Part shown: piece by piece, positions 42,308 to 52,919 of the stretch
Numbering within the stretch: position 1 is the stretch's first letter
Layout of the letters: the number at the start of each line of letters is the position of its first letter
NCBI GenBank assembly: GCA_949289635.1
Contig: CASEOS010000005.1
Coordinates: 537-64,536, forward strand
Direction of reading: 5' to 3'
DNA from: an uncultured Eubacteriales bacterium
Lineage (GTDB): Bacteria; Bacillota; Clostridia; TANB77; CAG-508
Length of the DNA stretch: 64,000 nt
Made by a program: the position numbers and the translations under genes
The notes under the pieces: generated by a model
The model's database searches: none
Seen by the model: the letters and a program-made list of their open reading frames with translations, nothing else
Told to the model about the DNA's origin: nothing

Positions 42308-42838
42308 ATGAAAATATTAATGGGAACAAAGAATCAAGGGAAAATAGAAGGCGTAAAAAGAGCATTTGAAAGATATTTTGATAATGTTGAGATAGAGGGA
42401 ATACCAGTTGATTCAGAGGTGGGAGTACAACCTATTAATAAAGAGATTGTTATCGGTGCGAGAAACAGAGTGAAAAATGTAAAAGAATATGCAAAGAAAA
42501 ATAACATAGAAGCAGATTATTATGTGGCAAGTGAAGCAGGGATTACAGATTTATTAGATGAATGGATAGATATTAATACAGTTGTGATTGAAAATAAGGA
42601 TGGAAAACAAAGTGTGGGAACTAGTCAAGGATTTCCTATTGATGCAAAATATATAGATGAAATAACGAGTACTGAACTAGGAAAAGTTATGGATAGAATT
42701 TTTCAAAGCCATGGATTAAATACGGGAAAAGGTGGAATTAGTATTCTAACGCATGATGAAATATCTAGAATTGATTTAACAGAAAATGCGTGTATGATGG
42801 CTTTAATTAAATTTATTAACCAAGGAATATGGGAATAA
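42308..42838 (+). CDS. YjjX-family inosine/xanthosine triphosphatase (non-canonical NTPase)
   Basis: MKILMGTKNQGKIEGVKRAFERYF N-terminal signature; start set at internal ATG 42308 rather than 42260. Confidence 0.55.
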   Translation: MKILMGTKNQGKIEGVKRAFERYFDNVEIEGIPVDSEVGVQPINKEIVIGARNRVKNVKEYAKKNNIEADYYVASEAGITDLLDEWIDINTVVIENKDGKQSVGTSQGFPIDAKYIDEITSTELGKVMDRIFQSHGLNTGKGGISILTHDEISRIDLTENACMMALIKFINQGIWE

Positions 42839-42909
42839 ATACTTGGTGAAAAATATCCAGATGTAAAACAAACTTATCGATTTGAGCTAATAGAACAATA
42901 AAAGGAGCA

Positions 42910-43326
42910 ATGATGATGAAAATATTAGTGATTTGTAGCAAGACATTTTATAATAAAATTGAACCAATTAAACAAAAATTAGAAGAAATGGGACATAGCA
43001 TTGAATTACCAAATTTATATGATAATCCAGGAGCTGAAAAAGAAGCATGGGCGTTAGGAGATAAGGCGCATTCTGAGTTTAAGAAAAGAATGTTCCAACG
43101 AAGTGAAGCAACCATTTCAAATATGGATGCTGTATTAACTTTAAACTTTGATAAAAATGAACAACAAAACTATATTGGTGGGGCAACTTTCTTAGAGCTA
43201 TATGAAGCTTTTATGAAAGGTAAAAAAATCTATATGTATAATCCAATTCCAGAAGGTATGTTATATGATGAAATATCAGGATTTTCACCAATTATTATAA
43301 ATGGTAATTTAGACTTAGTAAAGTAA
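42910..43326 (+). CDS. hypothetical protein (nucleoside 2-deoxyribosyltransferase-like fold suspected)
   Basis: 138 aa, weak resemblance only. Confidence 0.3.
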   Translation: MMMKILVICSKTFYNKIEPIKQKLEEMGHSIELPNLYDNPGAEKEAWALGDKAHSEFKKRMFQRSEATISNMDAVLTLNFDKNEQQNYIGGATFLELYEAFMKGKKIYMYNPIPEGMLYDEISGFSPIIINGNLDLVK

Positions 43327-43345
43327 AAATATAGGAGTAATAAAC

Positions 43346-43873
43346 ATGGAAGAGCTAATAGATGTTTTAAATGAAGATGGAACAAAAACAGGAGAAATTG
43401 TAACAAGGAAAGAAGTGCATGAAAAAGGTTTATGGCATAGGATTGTTGTCATTGCAATTATTGATAAAGAAGGACATATATTGATGCAACAGAGAGCCAA
43501 AGATAAAGAAACCAATCCAGGAAAATGGGATGTATCTGTTGCAGGACATGTATCAGCAGGACAAACTTCAATAGAAGCAGCAATTAGAGAAGTAAAGGAA
43601 GAAATTGGAATCAATTTAGAAGAAAAAGATTTACAATATATGCTAACTTATCAAACAGGAAGAAAAGTAAAAGAACATTTCTATGCAAATCATATATTTG
43701 ATTTTTACTTGGTAAAAACAGAAGTGATAGATGTATCAAAAATAAAAATTCAAGAAAGTGAAGTAGAACAAGTAAAATTGTGTAATTTAGAAGAGGTACA
43801 ACATATGATTTCTAATAACTTAGTAGCAGAAAGAAAACCTGTATATGAAGTGTTAATTAAATATTTAAGATAA
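43346..43873 (+). CDS. NUDIX hydrolase
   Basis: Nudix box GKWDVSVAGHVSAGQTSIEAAIREVKEEIGI. Confidence 0.8.
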   Translation: MEELIDVLNEDGTKTGEIVTRKEVHEKGLWHRIVVIAIIDKEGHILMQQRAKDKETNPGKWDVSVAGHVSAGQTSIEAAIREVKEEIGINLEEKDLQYMLTYQTGRKVKEHFYANHIFDFYLVKTEVIDVSKIKIQESEVEQVKLCNLEEVQHMISNNLVAERKPVYEVLIKYLR

Positions 43874-43893
43874 TATAAAAAGGAGAAAATAAA

Positions 43894-44541
43894 ATGGAAG
43901 AAACCAACAAAAATTTAAAAGAGTATATGGAAAAAAATGTATTATCACAATATGATATAAATAATGTTGGAGGTCATGGAAAAGAACATATAGAAACAGT
44001 TATTCATAGAAGTTTTGAAATTGTAAATGAATTTCATTTAGATGTTAATAAAGATATGGTATACACAATTGCAGCTTATCATGATATTGGATATAGAGAA
44101 AATCCGGACCAACATGAAGAAGTATCAAGTGAAAAATTTAAACAAGATAAAGAAATGAAAAAATTCTTTAATGAAGAAGAAAGAAAAATTATTGCAGAGG
44201 CAATTGTGGACCACAGAGCAAGTCTAGAATATGAAGCAAGAAGTATCTATGGAAAAATTGTTTCTTCAGCAGATAGAGAAACATCAGTAGAAAATATGCT
44301 TACAAGATCAATATTATATCAAGCAGACAAACATAAAGCAGAAAATCCAAGCTTAGAACAAGTAATAGAATATTCATATAAAAAATTATCAAGTAAATAT
44401 GGAAAAGGTGGATATGCAAAAATGTATTATCCAGATGAAAAATATAAAAACTATTTAGATAAAATGCAAGAATTATTAGAAAATAAAGAAAAATTCACAG
44501 AAGCAGAGATGGATTTAGCCAAAAAATTAGGAAAGGTATAA
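43894..44541 (+). CDS. HD-domain phosphohydrolase
   Basis: H...HD motif (AAYHDIGY), 215 aa. Confidence 0.6.
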   Translation: MEETNKNLKEYMEKNVLSQYDINNVGGHGKEHIETVIHRSFEIVNEFHLDVNKDMVYTIAAYHDIGYRENPDQHEEVSSEKFKQDKEMKKFFNEEERKIIAEAIVDHRASLEYEARSIYGKIVSSADRETSVENMLTRSILYQADKHKAENPSLEQVIEYSYKKLSSKYGKGGYAKMYYPDEKYKNYLDKMQELLENKEKFTEAEMDLAKKLGKV

Positions 44542-44544
44542 AAT

Positions 44545-45018
44545 ATGATAAAAGTATTATTTGTATGCCTAGGAAATATTTGTAGATCTCCTATGGCAGA
44601 ATATGTATTTAAAGATATGATAAAAAAGAAAGGCTTAGAAAATCAATTTTCTATTGCATCAGCGGCTACAAGTTATGAAGAAATAGGAAATGATATGCAT
44701 TATGGGACAAAAGATAAATTAGATGAAAAAGGAATTCCCTATACAAAGCACAAGGCAAGAAGAATTGAAAAACAGGATTATGAAAACTATGATTATATCA
44801 TTGGGATGGAAGAAAGTAATCTACGAAATATCCAAAGAATTGTAGGAAATGATATAGACAATAAAATATATAAACTTTTAGATTTCTCAAAAAATCCAAG
44901 AGATATTGCAGACCCATGGTACACAGGAAACTTTACAGTTACTTATCAAGATATTGTAGAAGGATGCACAGGATTTTTAGAACATTTAGAGAAGGGAAAT
45001 ATTGTAAATAATGGTTAA
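44545..45018 (+). CDS. low-molecular-weight protein-tyrosine phosphatase
   Basis: CX5R P-loop VCLGNICRSPMAE at N-terminus, DPWY motif. Confidence 0.85.
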   Translation: MIKVLFVCLGNICRSPMAEYVFKDMIKKKGLENQFSIASAATSYEEIGNDMHYGTKDKLDEKGIPYTKHKARRIEKQDYENYDYIIGMEESNLRNIQRIVGNDIDNKIYKLLDFSKNPRDIADPWYTGNFTVTYQDIVEGCTGFLEHLEKGNIVNNG

Positions 45019-45126
45019 TGATTGAAAAATAATTATAATTTTGATATTGCACAGTGGCAAATTTCATTAAAATGTATTTATTTTTTAATCAGATTTAGAA
45101 CTAGGAAAAGGAACTGAAATAATCAT

Positions 45127-45861
45127 ATGGCAAAGAAATATATAAAAATTAAGGAAAAAGAAATTCCAGTTATCATTAGAAATTATAAACATACAAATTT
45201 AATAACAATGTATTTTAGAGGAAATGTTTTAAATATTAGTAAATCCAAATATTTATCTAACAAAAAAATGTTAGAATTTATTCAGCAAAAAGAAGAACAA
45301 ATATATGAACAATATCTAAAAATCATCTCTAAAGAAAATGACAAAATGAAACATTGGTATACAGGAGAAAAGATAAGCTATAAAGGTGAAGATTTTTATA
45401 TACAAATAGAATATATTTTTAAAAAAAGAATCAAAATTATTTTAGATGAAGCAGATAAACAATTTATTATCGAAATACCAGAAATATTAAAAGATGAAGA
45501 TAATAAAGCAATAATTGATAAATATGTAAAAAGATTTCTTTGTGTAAAAACAAAAGAATATTTAGAAAAGCGACTACCATATTGGAGTCAAAAAATGAAA
45601 ATAGAATACTATGAATGTAAAGTGGGAGATGCAACAAGCAAATATGGTAGTTGTATACCAAGTAAAAAAGCACTTCATTTTAGTAATAGACTCATCATGT
45701 TACCAGAAGATAAAATAGATGCAATTATTGTTCATGAATTATCACATATGGTATATGCTAATCATAGTAGTAATTTCTATAATTTAGTTCAACAATATAT
45801 ACCAAATTATTTCGAAATTGATAAATGGCTAAAGAAAAATGTGAAAAAGGTTATGATATAA
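45127..45861 (+). CDS. YgjP/DUF45 (WLM/M48-like) zinc metallopeptidase
   Basis: HEXXH as IVHELSHMV near C-terminus. Confidence 0.65.
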   Translation: MAKKYIKIKEKEIPVIIRNYKHTNLITMYFRGNVLNISKSKYLSNKKMLEFIQQKEEQIYEQYLKIISKENDKMKHWYTGEKISYKGEDFYIQIEYIFKKRIKIILDEADKQFIIEIPEILKDEDNKAIIDKYVKRFLCVKTKEYLEKRLPYWSQKMKIEYYECKVGDATSKYGSCIPSKKALHFSNRLIMLPEDKIDAIIVHELSHMVYANHSSNFYNLVQQYIPNYFEIDKWLKKNVKKVMI

Positions 45862-45877
45862 AAAAAGAGGATAATTT

Positions 45878-45986
45878 GGGACAATTGGGGACGTTTCTGT
45901 TTGGACATTTTTTATAAAATTATTTTTTAGAAAAGAGTAAATGAATATAATAGAAATGTCCAAACAGAAACGTCCCCAATTGTCCC
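45878..45986. repeat. palindromic repeat family 1: perfect 32-bp inverted repeat GGGACAATTGGGGACGTTTCTGTTTGGACATT (45878-45909 / 45955-45986), 45-nt spacer
   Basis: Arms are exact reverse complements; between convergent gene ends; further solo copies at 50535-50563 and 62426-62451. Confidence 0.8.
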
Positions 45987-46001
45987 AAACTTGTCCCCTT
46001 T

Positions 46002-46919
46002 TTAATCATTTTTATAAAAGAATCCTTGATATAAATTTTCTTCTTTTAATTTTTTATCCAAACCATTTAATATCCACTTTTTGTGTAAATCCCATTCAGG
46101 AGCAATTAATATATCTTTAGGAGCATCACCAGATATTCTATGAATAACAATATCAGGAGAGATGTGTGAAAGAATATATATTAAACAATCTAAATAGTAT
46201 TCTAAAGAAATGGGTTCATATTCACCTTTATTATACATATCTGCTAAAACAGTATTTTCTACAATATAAGTATTATGAATTTTTAAACCTTGGATTTGAT
46301 GTTGATTTATAAAATCTACCGCATTTTGTACATCTTCAAAAGTTTCATTTGGTAATCCTACCATTATATGAGTAATTACATCAATATGATATTGATTAAG
46401 TAATTTGACAGCTTTTGTAAATTGCTCATTTGAATATTGTCTATTAATCAATTTGCCAATTTTTTCATTGGATGTTTGTAAGCCTAATTCTACTGAAACA
46501 TAATATTTATCAGTATAAGAATATAATAGTTTTACAATATCTTCATTAATGCAATCAGGTCTTGTAGCAACTGATAATCCAATAATTTTGGAATTAATTA
46601 ATGCACTATCATATTTTTTCTTCAAATTATCAATAGAATCATATGTATTCGAGAAATTTTGAAAATAAACAATAAATTTATTGGCTCTAGTAGAACGAGG
46701 AGATTTAAAATAGGATATTACTTGCTCAGAAATATCTTTATAAGGGTCTAAATGCTCTCCAGAACCACATTCACTACAAAATATACAACCAGAATGACTT
46801 AACGTTCCATCACGATTAGGACAAGTAAAATGTCCATTAATACAAATTTTTAAAACTCTTTCTCCAAATCGTTTTATATAATATTTATTTAATTTTGTGT
46901 ATCTATATAAACTTTCCAT
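46002..46919 (-). CDS. TIGR01212-family radical SAM protein
   Basis: 305 aa, Cys cluster CPNRDGTLSHSGCIFCSECG. Confidence 0.7.
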   Translation of the reverse strand: MESLYRYTKLNKYYIKRFGERVLKICINGHFTCPNRDGTLSHSGCIFCSECGSGEHLDPYKDISEQVISYFKSPRSTRANKFIVYFQNFSNTYDSIDNLKKKYDSALINSKIIGLSVATRPDCINEDIVKLLYSYTDKYYVSVELGLQTSNEKIGKLINRQYSNEQFTKAVKLLNQYHIDVITHIMVGLPNETFEDVQNAVDFINQHQIQGLKIHNTYIVENTVLADMYNKGEYEPISLEYYLDCLIYILSHISPDIVIHRISGDAPKDILIAPEWDLHKKWILNGLDKKLKEENLYQGFFYKND

Positions 46920-46959
46920 AATACATACAGTATATCAAAAATAAGAGAAAATAACAAAT

Positions 46960-47066
46960 GATGATTTTAGGGACGGAGCAAAAAATCATCGTTTCATAAA
47001 GAATATTTTTTTTAAAATTTTTTGAAGAACAAAACGATGATTTTTTGCTCCGTCCCTAAAATCATC
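46960..47066. repeat. palindromic repeat family 2: 35-bp inverted repeat GATGATTTTAGGGACGGAGCAAAAAATCATCGTTT (46960-46994 / 47032-47066)
   Basis: Exact reverse-complement arms; each arm also internally palindromic (GATGATTTT...AAAATCATC); second locus at 53581-53706. Confidence 0.8.
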
Positions 47067-47323
47067 GTTTTTTAATTTTGAGATTATAAAATCTAAAAAA
47101 ATAGAAATATAAAACAAAATTAAAAAAAATAGTAGAAGTATTAGTAGCTGTTTAATTTGTTCTTCTCTAGAAAGATTATAAAAACAAATGATATAATTAT
47201 TTATCATAAAATATTCCACCTTTTATAGTATTTTATAAGGAATATTTTATGAAAGTAATATATTAAAATCAATATAATATATTCAAAACAATACAAAAAG
47301 CACAAAAAAGTTTAGAAAATCGA

Positions 47324-47671
47324 CTAATTTTTTATGAAAATAGCAATGTCTTTAATTGTATTCATAGCTATTTCAATTTCTTTATCGCTATATGTACTTA
47401 AAAGTTCTTTGCTCTTAGTAATAATTGTATCATCAAGACCATATAAAATATAATCAGCAGAATGACCACTTAAATCTCTAAGTTTTCGAATACTTCGATA
47501 CATTAAATTACCTCTACCTTCTTCAACTAATCCAAGAAATTGACTAGATATGCCAATTTCTTTTGCTAATTGTGTTTTATTCATATGTAACTCATTTTCT
47601 CTAATATATTTAATTCTTTTACCTCTTGAAATTTGTTCTTGTTTTTCTAATTCTAAATCAGATGTATTCAT
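47324..47671 (-). CDS. XRE-family HTH regulator
   Basis: MNKTQLAKEIGISSQFLGLVEEGRGN HTH. Confidence 0.6.
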   Translation of the reverse strand: MNTSDLELEKQEQISRGKRIKYIRENELHMNKTQLAKEIGISSQFLGLVEEGRGNLMYRSIRKLRDLSGHSADYILYGLDDTIITKSKELLSTYSDKEIEIAMNTIKDIAIFIKN

Positions 47672-47828
47672 GGAATATCTCCTCCTATTATTAAAAATTT
47701 TAACTATAAAACTATATGAATTTTATAACATAATATATTTAAACACATGGTAAAATATTTGTAGAATTATAGTATTTTATAGAGAAATATGGTAATATTA
47801 TGAAAAAAGATGAAAGGGGTGTATACAT

Positions 47829-48617
47829 ATGATAACGAAATCCATGAAAATACTAATAATAGAAGATGATAGAAATGATTGTAATAATTTTATTAACAGT
47901 GTGAAGAATAGAGATGATATAGAAATTATCGGAATTACAGATTCAGATATAGAAGGATTAAAATATGCAAAACTAAAAGAACCAGAAGGTATTATATTAG
48001 ATTTAGAGTTAAATAACAGCATGACAGGGAATGCAGATTCTTTAAACTTTTTGTCAGAACTTAAAAAGTTGCATTTAGGTTATGAACCAATTATTGTGGT
48101 AACAACACATATCCATTCAAAAAGAATATATGATATAGTTCATAAAAATGGTGCAGATATCATATTATACAAGAATCATCCCAGATATTCAGCAGAGTAT
48201 GTTTTAAATAAATTAATCAGTTTAAGAGAAGTAACACCAGAAAAAACAATGGAAATGTTAAAAGGAGAATTGGAAGATAATAGAAAAAAGATATCAGATT
48301 GCATTGTCAGAGAATTAGATTTAATAGGAATACCTGCTAAAATGGTAGGAAGAAAATATATACATGATGCAATCTTATATTTGATTGAAAATAAAGGAGA
48401 TAATACAAATGTTATTAGACATTTAACAAATATATATAAAAAATCTGGAAATACAATTACAAATGGCATTCAAAATGCTATTATACATGCTTGGAATAAT
48501 ACGCCAGTAGATGATTTACTGGAATATTATAGAGCAAGAGTAAGTCCAGAAACAGGAATTCCAACACCAATGGAATTTATATATTATTATGTGGAAAAAG
48601 TTGAAAGAGAAATATAG
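47829..48617 (+). CDS. response regulator with Spo0A-type C-terminal DNA-binding domain (Spo0A-like)
   Basis: Receiver domain (ILIIEDD...ILDLEL) plus C-terminal RELDLIGIPAKMVGRKYIHDAI...IQNAIIHAWNNTP resembling Spo0A_C. Confidence 0.6.
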   Translation: MITKSMKILIIEDDRNDCNNFINSVKNRDDIEIIGITDSDIEGLKYAKLKEPEGIILDLELNNSMTGNADSLNFLSELKKLHLGYEPIIVVTTHIHSKRIYDIVHKNGADIILYKNHPRYSAEYVLNKLISLREVTPEKTMEMLKGELEDNRKKISDCIVRELDLIGIPAKMVGRKYIHDAILYLIENKGDNTNVIRHLTNIYKKSGNTITNGIQNAIIHAWNNTPVDDLLEYYRARVSPETGIPTPMEFIYYYVEKVEREI

Positions 48618-48906
48618 AAAATAAAATTTAAAAATTTAAAATGAACATATCATAGGTATCAAATAAAATAGTTGGTATTTATGATATGTTTTTTTCTATT
48701 TCTGACGGATTTCTACCATTTTTTTTCACCAAAAGCTACCGATTTTTTTGCAATAAAAGGTGGTAATTTTTATTTATAGGAAGTATTACAGCTTTCTATA
48801 AATACGAAAGAAAAAGGTGGTGAGAGGTATGGAAGAATGGTTTGACGCCCTTTGGCAATGGGTAAGTAAATGGTTATAATAAATTGTTAATAAAATAGTA
48901 AGAAGG

Positions 48907-50455
48907 TTGCTAACCTTCTTATTTTTATATAAAATATTGAATGTAAAAATAATATGCTATATAATGTATAAAAAATGTAAGAAAGGTTGTAAAATGGATT
49001 TCAAAGTTAATTTTGAAGAAGTAGAATATATAGCAGATATAATAAAGATATTTTTTATCATTTTATATACTTATTATACAAACTTAAAAATTGTTAATGA
49101 AAGAAATTCTTATAATCAATCCATATTAACATATATTACATTTATCATAATTACAGTAGTTTGCAAATTTTTTAAAGGATATATGCGGATTTTTATATTA
49201 TATTATTTTTTTAATTTTTATGTTAGGTTTAGTATATTGTAAAGTATCAGAAAGTAATATTGGTCAATCCATAATAATTACAACAATTTCATTAAGTATA
49301 AATTATGCAATATTTTTTATATCCATAATTATTAGTTTTATACCAAATGGTTTATTGAATATAAATAATAATTATTGGAGTTTAATAATTATATTAATTT
49401 TATATAGTGGTTTTATATGTACTTTTTTGAAAGTCAAAAGATTGAATAAAGGACTAATATTTTTTAAAGAGAAACTGAAGAATGATAATATTGATATGTT
49501 AATATTGAATATTAGTGCAATTATTTTATTTATGATTATAATACTATCTAATTATAATAAAATTACAGCGAGAGAAATAGGATTTAGTCTTATTGTATTT
49601 ACCTTCATCATGTTCATCACCATCCAAAAATCCTTACAATTATATTACAAACAAAAACTACAAGAAAGAGAAGTAGAAGAAATCAAAAAAGAACTAAAAA
49701 ATAAAGAAACAGAAATAAAAGAATTAGAAAAAGAAAATTTGAAACTTAACAAAAAGAATCATTCAATAGCGCATAAGCAAAAATCATTAGAATATGAATT
49801 AGAGCAAATGGTATTAAACAATCAGATAGTGGACAGAAATCATGTAAGAGACAAAATTGAAAAACTATCAAAAGAAATGCAAAATGAAACAATCAGTATA
49901 GAGCTAACCAAAACAAAAATTAATGAAATTGATAATATGTTAAAATATATGCAATCAGAATGTGTAAAGAATAAAATAGACTTTCAATTACAAATAAATG
50001 GAAACATTCATCACATGGTAAATACATATATTGGAAAAGAAGAGTTAGAAATTCTAATTGCAGATTTAATAAAGAATGCTATCATAGCCATTAACCATTC
50101 TAAAAATATAAATAAAAGTATACTAGTAAGATTAGGAATTATTGATGGTGTATACAGTTTATATGTCTATGATTCTGGTATAGAGTTTGAAATAGATACA
50201 TTAATCAATCTGGGAATAAAACCAAGCTCAACACACGAAAAAGATGGTGGTACAGGAATGGGATTAATGAATACATTTGACACATTAAAGAAATATAAAG
50301 CAAGTTTGATTATAGATGAATACGGAAAACCAGTAAATGATAATTTTACAAAAGTAATTAAAATTATTTTCGATAATAAGAATGTATATAGGATAGAGTC
50401 ATATCGTAAAAAGGACATACAAGAAAAAGATATAGACAAAAGAATTTTTAAATGA
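48907..50455 (+). pseudogene. membrane sensor histidine kinase (GHKL ATPase), N-terminus in a different frame (48907-49242) across a T7 homopolymer
   Basis: Multi-TM N-terminus, HSIAHKQKS H-box-like, G-box DGGTGMGLMN; frame change at ~49207-49220. Confidence 0.5.
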
Positions 50456-50534
50456 TAAAAGAAAGGTGAACTTAGGAAGTGTAATTAAGTTCACCTTTAG
50501 AATTTTTATATAAAGATATAAAAAAACAAAAAGG

Positions 50535-50563
50535 GTCCAAAAAGAAACGTCCCCAATTGTCCC
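50535..50563. repeat. solo copy of repeat family 1 (GTCCAAAAAGAAACGTCCCCAATTGTCCC)
   Basis: Matches arm 2 of the 45955-45986 element with 2 mismatches. Confidence 0.7.
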
Positions 50564-50568
50564 ATTGC

Positions 50569-51792
50569 CTAAAATCCAATAATGTCATTATAAATTTCGA
50601 TTGCAAATTTGTCTGTCATACCAGAAATATAGTAAATAATACATTTGTAAAAATCCTGTTCATTATGAAAATCAAAAATAACATCATTTATTAGTTTTAA
50701 TTCTTTTCGATTTCCTAAGTCATAATAATTTGATAAAAATCCAAGGAAACTATCATAAAGTTTTATAGAAATTTTAGATAAGTTATTTTTTAAAGTAGCA
50801 ATTGTATTTTCTTTATCATAGCAAACTTTTAAAGTATTATAAATTTCATTTAAAACCAATTCAAAATATTTAATAGAAGGTTTTAGTCTATCTGAGAAAT
50901 AGATATTTCTATAATTAAATTCTTTAATTTTATTTAATAAATCAAAAGCTTCTTCTGAGAAACATAAGCCTTTTTCAGGTGTGGAATTTTTAGCTAAATC
51001 ACATACTAAGTAATTAATAATAATTGTGTTATTAATTTTCTTTTCAGGTAAATCATAGTGTAGTAAACGGTATAGTTCATCTAAATGTTCATCAATAATA
51101 CCTAAACTGATAGCATCTTCAATATCTCTTCCAATATATGAAATTTTATCAGAAATTTTTACGACGCAACCTTCCCAAGTATATGGTGCATATTGATTAG
51201 GTCTGACATAGGTTGCTAAATCAATACATTCTTTTCTAGGTTTTAAACAATTTTCATCAATTTCTCCACAGTGTGAAATAATACCATCTCTAACTGCATA
51301 TGTTAAATCTAAATTATCTTTATATCGTTCTTTATTTTCTAACAATTCTATTTTATCGACAAAGTCTAAACCGTTTTTTTCATGCCAAAATCCATATCCT
51401 AAATCTCTTTCAGAAATAGTAGACAAAATTTTTTCTCCAGCGTGACCAAAAGGACTGTGTCCAATATCATGTGCAACAGAGATTGCTTTTGTTAATTCTG
51501 TATTTAAGCCTAAGTAACTTGCGATTGTATAACTAATAGATTCTACGTGTGCAACATGTTCACTTCTTGTACAAATATGATCACTTTCTGGGGAGAAAAA
51601 TACTTGTGTTTTATGTTTTAATCTTTTATAAGCATTTGAATGTGTAATTCTTGTATAATCTCTGTCAAAAACAGAACGAATATCCTCCGGGTTGGTTAGT
51701 AAAGGTTTTTCTCTTTTGGATATATTTTCCCAATCTGGATGATGGATATTGGCAGCATAATCTTTAAATAGATTTTCCATAATGTAAATCAT
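50569..51792 (-). CDS. dGTPase-like HD-domain deoxynucleoside triphosphate triphosphohydrolase
   Basis: HDIGHSPFGHAGE HD motif, 407 aa. Confidence 0.75.
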   Translation of the reverse strand: MIYIMENLFKDYAANIHHPDWENISKREKPLLTNPEDIRSVFDRDYTRITHSNAYKRLKHKTQVFFSPESDHICTRSEHVAHVESISYTIASYLGLNTELTKAISVAHDIGHSPFGHAGEKILSTISERDLGYGFWHEKNGLDFVDKIELLENKERYKDNLDLTYAVRDGIISHCGEIDENCLKPRKECIDLATYVRPNQYAPYTWEGCVVKISDKISYIGRDIEDAISLGIIDEHLDELYRLLHYDLPEKKINNTIIINYLVCDLAKNSTPEKGLCFSEEAFDLLNKIKEFNYRNIYFSDRLKPSIKYFELVLNEIYNTLKVCYDKENTIATLKNNLSKISIKLYDSFLGFLSNYYDLGNRKELKLINDVIFDFHNEQDFYKCIIYYISGMTDKFAIEIYNDIIGF

Positions 51793-52200
51793 TCCTTTCT
51801 TTATTGAAATAAAATTTATTCAATATAGTTATTTTTTTAAATTCAAATTTAGTTTATTATAAAAAAATAAAAAAGTCTATAAATAGATGAAAATAAAATA
51901 TTGAAAATAGAAATATGTCGTAGTATAATGAAGAAAACTAAAGGAGGATATGAAAATGTTACATGTTATAAAAGATGATTTTGACGAAAGTCCAGAAGAT
52001 ATTTTAAATTCTATTAATAATATGTTGAAAAATAAAGGACAAGCAAAAAAAGAGGAAAATGAAAGAGAAAGTAACGAGGACAAAAAAGATAACTAATTGT
52101 ATAGTATAAAAAAGGTAAAAAATAAGAAGGAAGAAAAAATAAAAAAAAGTTGAATAAAAAAGATAAATTTATAAAATAAAAATTTTAAGGAGTAATAGAC

Positions 52201-52776
52201 ATGGCAAATTCAAAGTTAATTGTAGTAGAAGGTCCACAAGGAGCAGGAAAAACAACTGTAACAGATTATTTAAGATATTCATTAAGTTATACAAATCTAT
52301 ATAGATTATGTGGAACGGCAGACAGTTCTGCAGAAGGAAAGAAAAAAGCAGAAGATATGTATATAAATTTATTAGAATACATAAAAAAAATGGAAAATAA
52401 AAGTATTAATCTAGTATTTGATAGAACTTTCTTCACAGAAGAAAATTATTGTAGACTTGGAAAAAAAGATTATACATTTACAGATGTTTATGAAAAGTTA
52501 TTAGAAGAATTTAGCAAACTAGATTTTGAAATATATTATATAACCTTATATTTAAAAGATGTAGAAAAATATCATTCAAGATTAGATAGAAAAGATAAGG
52601 CAGCTTTTAAAAATTCTAAATTTGAAGCAGAAAATAGCATTAATCAACAAAAAGTATATTTAGAAATGGCAGAAGAAATAAGAGAGAAATATCCACAAAT
52701 TCAAGTAAGAAATATTGCAAATGATAGAGATTTTGAAGAGACAAAAAAAGAATTACGAGAATTCATAGGATATTAA
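52201..52776 (+). CDS. P-loop NTPase / nucleoside(tide) kinase-like protein
   Basis: Walker A GPQGAGKTT at N-terminus, 191 aa. Confidence 0.55.
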   Translation: MANSKLIVVEGPQGAGKTTVTDYLRYSLSYTNLYRLCGTADSSAEGKKKAEDMYINLLEYIKKMENKSINLVFDRTFFTEENYCRLGKKDYTFTDVYEKLLEEFSKLDFEIYYITLYLKDVEKYHSRLDRKDKAAFKNSKFEAENSINQQKVYLEMAEEIREKYPQIQVRNIANDRDFEETKKELREFIGY

Positions 52777-52885
52777 AATGAAAAGAAAAACAAAGAAAAA
52801 AAGAGAAATTTAATGAAATAGTAAAAAATGGAATTGCTAGAAACAAAGGAAATCCGTACCTGTTAAAATATGGCAAAAATGAAGT

Positions 52886-52915
52886 TTGTCATATTTTATA
52901 GGTATGCTGTATAAT
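52886..52915 (+). promoter_or_regulatory. strong sigma-A-type promoter (TTGTCA-18-TATAAT with adjacent TG) for an ORF-free transcript
   Basis: TTGTCA 52886-52891, TGTATAAT 52908-52915. Confidence 0.5.
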
Positions 52916-52919
52916 ATAT

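Noticed and set aside
46986-47219. 77-aa minus-strand ORF
   Set aside because: Overlaps palindromic repeat family 2 and an AT-rich gap; no RBS; hydrophobic low-complexity translation
51956-52096. 46-aa acidic small ORF (MLHVIKDDFDESPEDILNSINNMLKNKGQAKKEENERESNEDKKDN) with GGAGG RBS
   Set aside because: Plausible but unsupported by any motif; left unannotated pending conservation or expression evidence
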